A stretch of 64,000 bases of DNA from a virus (taxonomy: Duplodnaviria > Caudoviricetes), in the IMG/VR virus record IMGVR_UViG_3300044266_000273, positions 31,902-95,901 of that record; one strand, given 5' to 3'. Positions 15,578 to 25,850 of this stretch are shown here, one piece after another. The position numbers and the translations under genes are program-made. The notes under the pieces are model-generated. The model had not been told where the DNA came from, searched no databases, and was given only the letters and a program-made list of their open reading frames with translations. Every line of letters starts with the position of its first letter. Position 1 is the first letter of the stretch.

Positions 15578-15853
15578 CTACTTTAAATTTTCTTCTCTAC
15601 AGGACCTCTCACGGTATACTTTACCTTCGGGCGTCTGTATTTCTTTCCACTCGGTGCACACAATTTGTTTTTCCACCACGATTGGTTGTTGCGATTTGAC
15701 TATTTCATAGACAACTACACCACTAACGATTGATGGAATAACCCAACCCATACCTGGTTTCCAAACCCAATGTGGATGTGGTTGTTGATGTCTATATTGT
15801 GCCGATGCACTCAGTGAAACAACTGCAAGTAAAAGAACTACGAACTTTTTCAT
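15578..15853 (-). CDS. Small secreted hypothetical protein
   Basis: Sec signal peptide (ASA site) and two Cys near the C-terminus. Confidence 0.65.
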   Translation of the reverse strand: MKKFVVLLLAVVSLSASAQYRHQQPHPHWVWKPGMGWVIPSIVSGVVVYEIVKSQQPIVVEKQIVCTEWKEIQTPEGKVYRERSCREENLK

Positions 15854-15862
15854 GTTATCTCC

Positions 15863-17866
15863 TTATTTGCTTGTTGCTCTGTACACACCATCCCATGTAG
15901 ATGGTTTACCTTCTCTCAGGCGTTCAAGCATAGCTTCATAATATTTGTGCAATTCTGACCCGTCTTGTATTGCTTTTTCGGCAATTTCTATTGCCTTGTC
16001 CCAATCGCCGTTGTAATATGCATCTAAGAATTGTTCTTGTGTGATGGCTTGGCCTAATGTATAAATCTTCACGCCTTCCTTCTTTCCTTTAACTGCAATA
16101 CAATCCAATTCAACAACAGGATATTCATCTTTAACCTGTTCTGCGGTGAGTGTTCCTAAAACAATTTTGACACCGTATGGTTTACTTTGGCCTTCTAGGC
16201 GTGATGCGAGGTTAACATGATCGCCAAGACATGTATAATCAAAACGCTGAGAAGAACCCATATTGCCAACAACGACAACACCTGTATTAATACCAAGTCC
16301 CATTCCGAAAGCTGGAACTCCTTCTGCAGCAATTTCTTTATTGAACGCATCTAAACTATCCATCATTTGTATTGCTGTTTTTACGGCCATCTTTGCATGG
16401 TTGGGTTCATCTAACGGTGCGTTCCAGAATGCCATCTGAGCATCGCCAATATATTTATCTAAAGTTCCGTTATTTTCAATAATTTTTGCGGTCATTGCTG
16501 TCATGTAACGATTCATAATTTTGGTGAGCCCCTGAACATCCTTACCATAGTGTTCGGAGATTGTTGTGAAACCACGAACATCGGTAAACATAATCGACAA
16601 TTCACGTGATTCGCCACCAAGAACCAACAGTTCCGGATTCTTCTGTAATTTTTCTACCAGTGCTGGGCTTAGATATGTTCCAAATTGTTTTTTGATTTGG
16701 AGCTTTTGGCGCAACTCGACAAGGAACTTGACAACATATCCATGGACGCTAACCAACCCAATGGCGAGTATCGGAAATACAGCATCAAGTAGATAACCTG
16801 ATCGTAAAAATAATTCAATCCCTGCATAGTAGGTAGCGACTGCCAAGGAGATTGTGAAGATGTAGCCATGTGTGAACCTTGTAATAAAGAACAGAGATAA
16901 TACAGATATAAGAGCAATGAATAAAAGTTCACTTACAGTTGCCCAATCCGGTCTACTGATATTTGTACCTGATGTAACTGTATCTAACACACTGGCTTGC
17001 AGATGGTGTGGAAACACTTCTCCTTTGGCAGTTGCAACTGGATTGTTAAGACCCTTGCCTGTGATGCCAACGATTACGATCTTGCCACCAAAATCAGCAG
17101 GTAATTCGGACAGAGAATATTCTTTTGCTTTTGATGACCAATCAATCCAAATTCTACCAACATTGTCTGTTGTTATCTTACCAAATTTAGGTATACGTAA
17201 CGCTTCAATTGACCCGTCGTTTACCTTGACCTGAAAACTTGGATCGCCTGCAGCAACACGAAGTGTTTCCATTGACATACTTGGATATAACAAGTCATTT
17301 GTACGAACGACCATCGGTATACGGCGAGTAACACCATCAATCTCCGGCAATACGTTGACTACACCAATACCAGCAGCAGAGTCATTTAGAACTTTGATGT
17401 TTGGTTGTATTGTACCGTAGTTGATACCAACATCACCTTCACCAATGATGGAAACACCTGGCCTAAATGGTTCGTAATTTCTTGTTGATTTATCAGATGT
17501 AGCTACGTGAGGTAGAACAACTGGATATTTTTTTATTGCAGCAGATAACGCAGCATCGCCACCAAACCTATCAGGCTCAGGCATATAGACGTTAAACACA
17601 ACCAACCCAGCACCACGAGCGTAGATATCAGCAATAATGGCGGCATATTCCCGACGGGGGAATGGGAACTGTCCTTTTTGTCGAATAGTTTCGTCATCTA
17701 TGTTTACCACGGCGACTTGTTGGGACTCCGTGCTCTCTTTTGAAGTGATGAGTTGGTCAAAATATCTAAGCCTGACCGACTCAACGAAAGACGGATCTTG
17801 CACTCTAATAAACAAGACAAGTAGTAGAGTAAGCAAGGCCATCCAAGGAGATAATAATTTTTTCAT
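15863..17866 (-). CDS. CHASE2-sensor class III adenylate/guanylate cyclase
   Basis: VVNIDDE/FPFPR and DGVTRR (CHASE2), three TM segments, FTDVRGFT, DKYIGDA and GDHVNLASRLE. Confidence 0.93.
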   Translation of the reverse strand: MKKLLSPWMALLTLLLVLFIRVQDPSFVESVRLRYFDQLITSKESTESQQVAVVNIDDETIRQKGQFPFPRREYAAIIADIYARGAGLVVFNVYMPEPDRFGGDAALSAAIKKYPVVLPHVATSDKSTRNYEPFRPGVSIIGEGDVGINYGTIQPNIKVLNDSAAGIGVVNVLPEIDGVTRRIPMVVRTNDLLYPSMSMETLRVAAGDPSFQVKVNDGSIEALRIPKFGKITTDNVGRIWIDWSSKAKEYSLSELPADFGGKIVIVGITGKGLNNPVATAKGEVFPHHLQASVLDTVTSGTNISRPDWATVSELLFIALISVLSLFFITRFTHGYIFTISLAVATYYAGIELFLRSGYLLDAVFPILAIGLVSVHGYVVKFLVELRQKLQIKKQFGTYLSPALVEKLQKNPELLVLGGESRELSIMFTDVRGFTTISEHYGKDVQGLTKIMNRYMTAMTAKIIENNGTLDKYIGDAQMAFWNAPLDEPNHAKMAVKTAIQMMDSLDAFNKEIAAEGVPAFGMGLGINTGVVVVGNMGSSQRFDYTCLGDHVNLASRLEGQSKPYGVKIVLGTLTAEQVKDEYPVVELDCIAVKGKKEGVKIYTLGQAITQEQFLDAYYNGDWDKAIEIAEKAIQDGSELHKYYEAMLERLREGKPSTWDGVYRATSK

Positions 17867-18894
17867 CGTGATATTTGTTTTATAATAATTTTGTTAGTTG
17901 TAGAATCTTGATTCTTAATGTACAATGTGGTACTATCCTGAATCAACGTAATATCATATCCTCTATCTTTATTTATGAGTATGGTCGCTAAGTCTTTGAC
18001 GCGGCGTTCTATGTACCAATAGGTATTACGGTCAAGTATGTAGAGTTGTGTAGTTGGATTGTAACCTACAGGAAACGAACTGATATCAAATATGTTTTCC
18101 AATGCGTTTGTCAAATTATTCGTATCAAGGTCGTTGATATTCAATTCATTGAACTTGAGTTCATCTTTGAATACTTGTTCGTTTAGTGGATTATAATCTA
18201 ATGCGTTAAAAGAAAGTGGATTATTATCTCTTGTGTTTTCTTCTTGCAGTGCCTTGACAATTTCTTTTGGTGGTTTGACTATCAACATATTGTCAATCAT
18301 AGACTCCGTTAGATTCAAAATTGCAGGCGCAAGAGGCTTTGCTTCAGCTAGGCCAGCATATGTGGCTTGAAATGCTTTGTTTAAAGTCACAGACCCCATT
18401 GCCGTGCGGACTTCAATCTCCCCGACGGTGCCATCTTGATTTGGAAGAAGAATAATTGTCGATGCACCTACTTCATCCACTGTCATAGAGAAAGCAGTAC
18501 CTCGCACCGCAACTGTTGCTGTCGGCGTCTTCACATCAACATTCTTGTTATTCTCTTTGGCTATATTACCTGAAGCATATCGTACTGTGCCGAGTGCAAC
18601 TTTCATTGCAAGTTTGCCAGTACCTTTTGATTTAGGATCATATACGAAATCATCAATCACCAATTTTGAATGTTGTGTGACACGTACTTTTGTGTCGTCC
18701 TCAAACGTAATTCCAACTATACCGTTGGCCGTTTGAACGCTATCCATAGACTCGACGCCAGCATTCATCTTGGCGTCGAGTTTCAACTTATTACGAACTA
18801 TCTCACTACTTCCCTTTTCTTCAGTTACTTTACCAATAGATGCAAAACAATTAATGCTGAGTGATAGTAGTAGTAGTGCTATTACCCGTAACAT
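17863..18894 (-). CDS. FecR-domain periplasmic protein
   Basis: Signal peptide and TPTATVAVRGTAF motif. Confidence 0.85.
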   Translation of the reverse strand: MLRVIALLLLSLSINCFASIGKVTEEKGSSEIVRNKLKLDAKMNAGVESMDSVQTANGIVGITFEDDTKVRVTQHSKLVIDDFVYDPKSKGTGKLAMKVALGTVRYASGNIAKENNKNVDVKTPTATVAVRGTAFSMTVDEVGASTIILLPNQDGTVGEIEVRTAMGSVTLNKAFQATYAGLAEAKPLAPAILNLTESMIDNMLIVKPPKEIVKALQEENTRDNNPLSFNALDYNPLNEQVFKDELKFNELNINDLDTNNLTNALENIFDISSFPVGYNPTTQLYILDRNTYWYIERRVKDLATILINKDRGYDITLIQDSTTLYIKNQDSTTNKIIIKQISR

Positions 18895-19564
18895 TCAGAT
18901 TGATGATGTTAGGAGTTGTAGTTCCGTTTTGTGTAATTGAAACGGTGTTATTATTACCAATGATTGTGCTTGTAATTTTGTGTCCAGGTGTATTTGCTGT
19001 ACCATCAGCACCATTCTGAACAGTGGTGTAACTATTATAGTTGCCTGTCAATGTAATATTGTTCACAATGTACTTGCTGTTCATTGTGCTGGTCACTGTA
19101 TTGTGATTGCCACCAATAGTCAGATTGTAGAGGTAGTTTGATGTATCAGCAGTCGATGCCATCGTAAACGACACGGTGTTGTTGTCACCAGTCTTGGTCA
19201 CAGTCATACTTCCAGCGTTGGTGCCAAAGTTACCTTGTGTCAAACTAAATGAGTTCGTTGAACCAGTTTGCGTGATGCTCGCCGTTGAATCACCACCAAT
19301 AAAATTACCAACAATAGAGTTGTTCATACCGTCTTGGACGATAGTCAACGCCATGTTGTTGCCGTCAATCAAGAATGCTGGTTGTAGAATAGCACTTCGA
19401 TCACCGACAGCATTACCTGATCCGGTCTGTGTAATTGTTACAGTTGAATTATCAGCATTAGTTTGATCAATATACACAGAGTTGTTACCAGAGTTTGTTG
19501 CTAAAACACTTGTAACAAATAACAAAGACATAATAAACGCAAAAATGCGATTTGTCTTTTTCAT
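18851..19564 (-). CDS. Curlin-like repeat protein (CsgA/CsgB-like)
   Basis: Signal peptide; N/T/G-rich repeats of the IxQxGxxN type. Confidence 0.75.
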   Translation of the reverse strand: MKKTNRIFAFIMSLLFVTSVLATNSGNNSVYIDQTNADNSTVTITQTGSGNAVGDRSAILQPAFLIDGNNMALTIVQDGMNNSIVGNFIGGDSTASITQTGSTNSFSLTQGNFGTNAGSMTVTKTGDNNTVSFTMASTADTSNYLYNLTIGGNHNTVTSTMNSKYIVNNITLTGNYNSYTTVQNGADGTANTPGHKITSTIIGNNNTVSITQNGTTTPNIINLNVTGNSTTTTITQH

Positions 19565-19573
19565 AGTCCTTCC

Positions 19574-20362
19574 TTATTCAGGTCTTTTAAAAGGTTGTTT
19601 AAATTTCCAGAGGCCTTTTTCCTCACCTTGATATACCATTTCTTCGACAGCTAAATCAACAGCTGCCTTTACAGCATATATAGTCGGTTCGGTACTTGTA
19701 CTTCCTATTTCATTTTCAAATGAACGTGTTCCTTGATTGAAAAATTTAAATGTGGCCACAGAAGTTGCAACACTCAATAACGTTTTTTGTGTATTCACAG
19801 TTAAAATAACTTCTCCTGTTTGCACATTCACCGCTCTCAAGGATACAGTCACTATATCTTCTTGGTATTGTGTCATTGGCCCAATACCCAAATAACGCCA
19901 TCCAAAACCACCAGTTCTTTTATTCGTATCGTAAGATACAATAGAACCTTCAATAATCATTCCTGCATATAAAATAGGTCTTAATATATTTACATCTTTT
20001 GCCTCTTCACGTGCGGACCTAATTAATTGTCTTTCTTTGAGCAAGTTATCTAAACCAACTCGCTCAACAATACGAAACCATTTACCATCTCCAACATCTG
20101 CTAACGCCTTGAGTAATAATGATTCTGCACCTTGTGTGACTGCGGATGATAATTTGGCAACGCCACCACCATCTTTTCTTTGACCAGTCTTGTCGGTGAA
20201 GTTATAAACCGCAACTACAATAGGCTGTGATGTTTCGGGCTCAGGAAAGGGGCGCTTGAATTTTGTCGGCTCAACTTTCTCTGCATCCTGAGTGTCCCAT
20301 ACCATAGGCAACTCAGCACATCCAGCAAATAATACCAACAATAAAAGTATAATTTTTTTCAT
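19574..20362 (-). CDS. csgG: Curli secretion pore lipoprotein CsgG
   Basis: FAGC lipobox, DKTGQRK, SSAVTQGA and LLKERQLIR motifs. Confidence 0.92.
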   Translation of the reverse strand: MKKIILLLLVLFAGCAELPMVWDTQDAEKVEPTKFKRPFPEPETSQPIVVAVYNFTDKTGQRKDGGGVAKLSSAVTQGAESLLLKALADVGDGKWFRIVERVGLDNLLKERQLIRSAREEAKDVNILRPILYAGMIIEGSIVSYDTNKRTGGFGWRYLGIGPMTQYQEDIVTVSLRAVNVQTGEVILTVNTQKTLLSVATSVATFKFFNQGTRSFENEIGSTSTEPTIYAVKAAVDLAVEEMVYQGEEKGLWKFKQPFKRPE

Positions 20363-20808
20363 CAGAACTTAAATTGAGCTATAGGAATAGTAATTTGTGT
20401 AACACTACCATCCGCACCAACGACAGTGAGACTAATTTCATCACCATTTTTTGAGTATGTGATTGTGTTGCCAGATATGACAACTGATCCAGAATTTTTT
20501 GGATTTTCTCCGAATAAATTATTTACCAATTGAGAAGAAAGCTGTGCATACACACGTGATTCAAAGTTATTTAGAAACTTGGCCAAATTGGTATTGCCAG
20601 CTGCGGCCGCAGCATCTTTTGCTGCCTGAAGTTTTGCATTTTCAATCGCATCTTTACGAGTCTTTTCACTGTTCTCAATCGTTTGTACGTGGGCTGAATA
20701 ACTGATACCGTTGAAAGCCGGAGATTTAAACGTCTGTACTAATTCTGCATATACTGAACTACTTAGGATCAGTAGTGGTATCAATAGATAGTTCTTTATT
20801 CTTTTCAT
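20362..20808 (-). CDS. csgF: Curli assembly protein CsgF
   Basis: Signal peptide then ELVQTFKSPAFNG; adjacent to csgG. Confidence 0.8.
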   Translation of the reverse strand: MKRIKNYLLIPLLILSSSVYAELVQTFKSPAFNGISYSAHVQTIENSEKTRKDAIENAKLQAAKDAAAAAGNTNLAKFLNNFESRVYAQLSSQLVNNLFGENPKNSGSVVISGNTITYSKNGDEISLTVVGADGSVTQITIPIAQFKF

Positions 20809-21043
20809 CTTTTAACTCCCTCAACATCAATACGATGTTTACCTTTTGGTTTAAACGTATTAAATCGTTATCTAACATACGTATGCGGTCAATCAATGCT
20901 ATGAGTGTGCTGTTGGCTTCACCCAAAACAGGCTTGATTTCTTTTGTTACCCAAGTCCATACGTAGTATATGAAATATCCCATGCCAGCAGCACTGACGA
21001 TTGGGAATCCATACTTATTAATCAGTTCCGCTAGATCGCCCAT
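20759..21043 (-). CDS. Small membrane protein (paralog of 21197..21475)
   Basis: GFPIVSAAGMGYF TM segment and DRIRMLDNDLIR motif. Confidence 0.65.
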   Translation of the reverse strand: MGDLAELINKYGFPIVSAAGMGYFIYYVWTWVTKEIKPVLGEANSTLIALIDRIRMLDNDLIRLNQKVNIVLMLRELKDEKNKELSIDTTTDPK

Positions 21044-21197
21044 CTTGCACTTTCTTAAACATAATACGGCCATCTCTTGTCACATGTGCAACAAACTTAT
21101 CTCCGTTTTTTACTTTTATACTTTCGGGACTTAACTCTTCATCCATAAGAATCGTTCCATCATCAAGCAATTCAAACAAATAATCAGCAAATAACAT
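21018..21197 (-). CDS. Hypothetical protein, 59 aa (missing from the ORF track)
   Basis: MLFADYLFELLDDG...; start overlaps the stop of the upstream gene. Confidence 0.55.
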   Translation of the reverse strand: MLFADYLFELLDDGTILMDEELSPESIKVKNGDKFVAHVTRDGRIMFKKVQDGRSSGTD

Positions 21198-21475
21198 CAG
21201 TCTCTCCTTGCATCATTTTTGCCATCAGCACGAGCAATTCTATCCACATCGGGCTTTACACCGAGTGCATTCGAAACGAGAGTGTCAATTCGGATTACAT
21301 CATGATTCATCGTTTTAACACGATTGTCTAAGGCCATAATTATGCCTTTGATGCCATTGACAGATCCTGTAACACCTTGTAAAATAAACTTCAGTGTCAG
21401 GAAAACAAAATAACCTGCTGCAAGAGCAGCTGCAATAGGAAAACCTACTTCCGCAACTAATTTGAAAAAATCCAC
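21197..21475 (-). CDS. Small membrane protein
   Basis: GTG start after AAAGGTG; GFPIAAALAAGYF and DNRVKTMNHDVIR motifs. Confidence 0.65.
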   Translation of the reverse strand: MDFFKLVAEVGFPIAAALAAGYFVFLTLKFILQGVTGSVNGIKGIIMALDNRVKTMNHDVIRIDTLVSNALGVKPDVDRIARADGKNDARRD

Positions 21476-21613
21476 AACGTCACCTTTTCTTATTATTTTT
21501 GGTGGCAATGTTGTTGCCTGACACTTGTATGTTCTGTTCAAGCCATATATAATATAGTACAACATCTATTTATGCGAAGCCTCCTTTTCGCACAACCTTT
21601 AGGATTTCACATT

Positions 21614-21919
21614 ATGAAAATACTTGCACTAAAATTGATCACCCATGAAGAAGTGTTGGGTGAAATAGAATCGGAATCTGAAACTGAATTTGTACTGGTA
21701 AATCCAGTTGGAATTGCAGTGGTTCGCGGTAAAGACGGTATGCCTAACGTTGGATTTTCACCTTTTCCATTACATGCCGAACAAAAAACGGGTACAACTA
21801 TTGTATTGGCCAAGAAACATGTAGTATACTCCTACACTCCAGCTGAAGATTTTGTAAATAATTATAATCAAATTTTTGGTTCTGGAATTGTTCTACCTTC
21901 CAAACAACTTATCATCTGA
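21614..21919 (+). CDS. Conserved T4-like hypothetical protein (possibly Sm-like fold)
   Basis: LKLITHEEVLG...FGSGIVLP; immediately precedes gp43. Confidence 0.65.
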   Translation: MKILALKLITHEEVLGEIESESETEFVLVNPVGIAVVRGKDGMPNVGFSPFPLHAEQKTGTTIVLAKKHVVYSYTPAEDFVNNYNQIFGSGIVLPSKQLII

Positions 21920-24480
21920 TGGCTCATTTCTATACCAGCGTACAATGTATCGGTAATTACATTCTGTACCGTGGCGTAAAAGACGGTAAAAGAATCAAAC
22001 AGAGAATTGACTATTCTCCTTCATTGTATCTGCCTGCACGTAAACGTACACAAGCAACACACAAAACCCTTGATGGATTAGACCTGGATCGCAAGGAATT
22101 CGAAGACATTCGTTCCGCCAGAGACTTTATTAAACAGTTCGATGGTATTCCTGGTGCACCAAAAATCTATGGTAATACTCGATATGAGTATGCATATATT
22201 GCCGACCAACACGAAGATATGGTGGATTGGGACCAAGAACATATATTGATTGGTATTGTCGATATTGAGGTCGGTTCGGAAAATGGATTCCCTGATCCAT
22301 ATGAGGCGAATGAACCAATAACGGCTATTACCATTTCTTATTTGAATGGTCATACTTATGTCTATGGTTGTGGTGATTATCAAAACAATGATCCAGAAAA
22401 CATCAGTTATCACAAATGTAAAGATGAATGGTCACTTTGCAAAAGTTTCCTTCTAGCGTGGATGAACAAAACACCAGATGTCATTACTGGTTGGAATACG
22501 AAGTTCTTTGATATTCCATACATCATCAACCGTTTTCGTAAAATCTTAGGTGAAGATGAAACCAAGAAGTTATCGCCTTGGAATTATATCTCCGAAAGAA
22601 ATACAGTAATCAATGGTCGACCACTAAAGGCGTATGAAATGTCTGGTATCGCATCACTTGATTATATTGAACTCTACAAATGGTATGCGCCAGGTGGAAA
22701 ATCACAAGAATCATATAGGCTCGACAATATTGCCAACGTAGAACTGGGTGAAGGTAAAATCTCTTTTGATGAATATGATAATCTGCACCAACTTTACAGA
22801 TTAAATTATCAGAAGTTCATTGAATATAATATCAAAGACGTACATCTGATTATCAAACTTGAAGATAAGTTGAGGCTGTTGGAATTGGCTTTGACTCTTG
22901 CATATGACACCAAATCAAATTATGAGGATGTATTTGCACAAACAAGAATGTGGGATTCTCTGACATATTCATATCTGTTGAAACAGAATATTGTGGTTCC
23001 ACCAAAAGAAGTTAAAGAGAAAGATGCCGCATTTGAAGGTGCTTATGTTAAAGATCCACAAGTTGGTATACATGAATGGGTTGCTTCTTTTGACTTGAAT
23101 AGTCTGTATCCACATCTGATGATGCAATATAACATTTCACCAGAAACATTGGTTCAGCCAGAAAATTATACGGAAGAAATGCGTAATGTTATTTCTCAAG
23201 GCGTAAACGTTCATAAATTACTGCTTAAGTCGGTTAATCTGTCAAATTTGACTGATGTGACGATTACCCCAAATGGTCAATTCTTCCGCACTGATATTCA
23301 AGGGTTCTTGCCAAAGATGTTAGAAGAAATGTATGAAGATCGCAAGAAATTCAAAAAAATGATGATTCAGGCAAAGAAAGACTATGAGGTTGAAACTGAT
23401 GATTCTAAAAAATATGAACTAGAGAAAAAGATTGCACGATTAAATAATCTTCAGTTGGCCAAAAAAGTATCATTGAACTCAGCTTATGGTGCGCTTGGTT
23501 CACAATACTTTAGATTCTATGATTTGAGAATGGCACTTGGTGTTACCACTGCTGGTCAGTTGTCTATTCGGTGGATTGAGGCTAAAATCAACGACTACAT
23601 GAATAAGATTCTAAAAACGGAAGATGTTGATTATGTCATTGCTTCTGACACAGATTCAATTTATTTGCGATTGGGTGATTTGGTTCATAAGGTTTATGGT
23701 GCAGATAAAGCTGCATCCTCACCTAAATTGAAGACTATTGAATTTATGGATAAGGTCTGTGAAGAACGATTGCAGCCATATATTGACAAATCTTATAAAG
23801 AATTGGCAGAATATGTACATGCGTATGCACAGAAAATGCAGATGAAACGTGAGGGTCTTTCTGATAAAGGTGTCTGGACGGCCAAGAAGAGATATATCTT
23901 AAACGTATATAATAATGAGGGTGTTCAATATAAAGAACCGCACATGAAGATTATGGGTTTGGAAATGATTAAGTCTTCCACACCTTCCGCCATCCGTGAA
24001 AAGATGACAGAAACAATTAAGATCATGATGACTGGTACCGAATCTGATGTGCAAAATTTCATACAAGAGTTTAAAGATAGGTTTAAAAAGTTGCCACCAG
24101 AAGAGATATCCTTTCCTCGTGGTTTGAATGGGCTCAAAACATATTCGGATCCGGCATCTTTGTATACGAAAGGTACACCAATTCACGTAAAAGGTGCCAT
24201 TCTATATAATCATTACCTCAAACAGTATGGTCTGACTAAACGGTATCCATTAATTCAAGAAGGTGAGAAGATTAAGTTTACCTATCTCAAGACACCAAAT
24301 CACTTCAAAGATACCGTAATTTCATATCCCGGTAGGTTACCAAAAGAGTTTGAGCTTGACAAATACATTGATTATGATTTACAATTCGAAAAAGCATTTC
24401 TGGAACCCATCAGAGTTATCTTGGACTGTGTGAAATGGAAAGTTGAGAAGACCAGTTCATTGGAAGATTTTTTCAGTTAA
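21919..24480 (+). CDS. 43: Family B DNA polymerase gp43
   Basis: DIEV exonuclease motif, SFDLNSLYP, LNSAYG, SDTDS and KKRY. Confidence 0.98.
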   Translation: MAHFYTSVQCIGNYILYRGVKDGKRIKQRIDYSPSLYLPARKRTQATHKTLDGLDLDRKEFEDIRSARDFIKQFDGIPGAPKIYGNTRYEYAYIADQHEDMVDWDQEHILIGIVDIEVGSENGFPDPYEANEPITAITISYLNGHTYVYGCGDYQNNDPENISYHKCKDEWSLCKSFLLAWMNKTPDVITGWNTKFFDIPYIINRFRKILGEDETKKLSPWNYISERNTVINGRPLKAYEMSGIASLDYIELYKWYAPGGKSQESYRLDNIANVELGEGKISFDEYDNLHQLYRLNYQKFIEYNIKDVHLIIKLEDKLRLLELALTLAYDTKSNYEDVFAQTRMWDSLTYSYLLKQNIVVPPKEVKEKDAAFEGAYVKDPQVGIHEWVASFDLNSLYPHLMMQYNISPETLVQPENYTEEMRNVISQGVNVHKLLLKSVNLSNLTDVTITPNGQFFRTDIQGFLPKMLEEMYEDRKKFKKMMIQAKKDYEVETDDSKKYELEKKIARLNNLQLAKKVSLNSAYGALGSQYFRFYDLRMALGVTTAGQLSIRWIEAKINDYMNKILKTEDVDYVIASDTDSIYLRLGDLVHKVYGADKAASSPKLKTIEFMDKVCEERLQPYIDKSYKELAEYVHAYAQKMQMKREGLSDKGVWTAKKRYILNVYNNEGVQYKEPHMKIMGLEMIKSSTPSAIREKMTETIKIMMTGTESDVQNFIQEFKDRFKKLPPEEISFPRGLNGLKTYSDPASLYTKGTPIHVKGAILYNHYLKQYGLTKRYPLIQEGEKIKFTYLKTPNHFKDTVISYPGRLPKEFELDKYIDYDLQFEKAFLEPIRVILDCVKWKVEKTSSLEDFFS

Positions 24481-24489
24481 GGAAATAAC

Positions 24490-25530
24490 ATGAGTATACT
24501 TGACAAAATTAAAAAGAACACATCAATCAAAGATTCAGCCATTCTGGCTAAATCGAAGTTTTTTACAAACAAGGATATGATTCCCACTCCTATTCCTGTT
24601 GTTAACGTTGCACTATCTGGCAAACTAGATGGTGGGTTAACGCCAGGTCTAACAATGTGGGCAGGTCCATCCAAACACTTCAAGACAGCATTTTCATTGT
24701 TGATGGCCAAGTCATATATGGACAAGTATGAAGATTCTGCTTTGTTGTTTTATGATTCTGAATTTGGCACACCGCAATCCTACTTTGATTCATTTGAGAT
24801 TGACAAAGAAAGAGTTTTGCATACACCTATTACCGACATTGAACAATTGAAGTTTGATATCATGGGACAACTTTCAAACATTGAACGTGGCGAACGTTTG
24901 ATTATTGTGATTGATTCAATTGGTAATCTGGCATCCAAGAAAGAAGTTGAAGATGCACTAGAAGGAAAATCTGTTGCAGATATGTCCCGTGCCAAACAAA
25001 TTAAATCATTGTTTCGTATGGTGACCCCGCACTTAACACTCAAAGATATTCCCATGATTGTTGTCAATCATACTTACAAAGAAATTGGAATGTTCCCCAA
25101 AGACATTGTTGGTGGCGGCACAGGCAGTTATTATTCTGCTGATAACATCTTTATCATTGGTCGTCAACAAGAAAAAGATGGGCAAGAAATCACTGGTTAT
25201 AATTTTATCATTAACGTAGAGAAGTCTAGATATGTCAAAGAAAAATCTAAAATACCTGTTACTGTATCTTTCAACGGTGGTATCAGCAGGTGGTCTGGCC
25301 TACTTGACTTGGCTCTTGAGTCCAAACATGTGGTTAAACCATCCAATGGGTGGTATTCTAAGGTAAACGTCAAGACTGGTGAAGTTGAAGATAAAAAATA
25401 CCGAGAAAAGGATACTGATACCAAAGAGTTCTGGTTCGACATTCTTGCCGATCCATCTTTTGCTGAATTTATTGAAAGCAAATACCGCGTGGCATCTTCC
25501 GAAATCATAAATTATGAGGATGAAGAATGA
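24490..25530 (+). CDS. uvsX: RecA-like recombinase UvsX
   Basis: GPSKHFKT, YDSEFG and DMSRAK motifs. Confidence 0.97.
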   Translation: MSILDKIKKNTSIKDSAILAKSKFFTNKDMIPTPIPVVNVALSGKLDGGLTPGLTMWAGPSKHFKTAFSLLMAKSYMDKYEDSALLFYDSEFGTPQSYFDSFEIDKERVLHTPITDIEQLKFDIMGQLSNIERGERLIIVIDSIGNLASKKEVEDALEGKSVADMSRAKQIKSLFRMVTPHLTLKDIPMIVVNHTYKEIGMFPKDIVGGGTGSYYSADNIFIIGRQQEKDGQEITGYNFIINVEKSRYVKEKSKIPVTVSFNGGISRWSGLLDLALESKHVVKPSNGWYSKVNVKTGEVEDKKYREKDTDTKEFWFDILADPSFAEFIESKYRVASSEIINYEDEE

Positions 25531-25850
25531 TTGAAGGTATTGATTATTGTTTTGTCTATCCTAAAAATGACGGCACTTCGGTACATGTTCGTTTATTGAC
25601 CGGACCATATAAAGATACCTTGTTCAAATATGGCAAGGTAAAGTTTGACGAAAAAGACGGTGATATGTATTTACTTTTTCGTTATGATGTGTTAGAATCT
25701 ACAGTGATGAAACCATCAAAGATGGAAAAGGACGCAAACGTCAAACAATACCTCGGTGACTTATTGGTTGAAATCATGTCATCTAACATTGAACAGGATA
25801 TTATTGATGAGACTGGAACAGACGATACTGAAAAATCTAATCTTCAATGA
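25527..25850 (+). CDS. Hypothetical protein in the gp40 position
   Basis: Lies between uvsX and gp41; YGKVKF motif. Confidence 0.6.
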   Translation: MIEGIDYCFVYPKNDGTSVHVRLLTGPYKDTLFKYGKVKFDEKDGDMYLLFRYDVLESTVMKPSKMEKDANVKQYLGDLLVEIMSSNIEQDIIDETGTDDTEKSNLQ

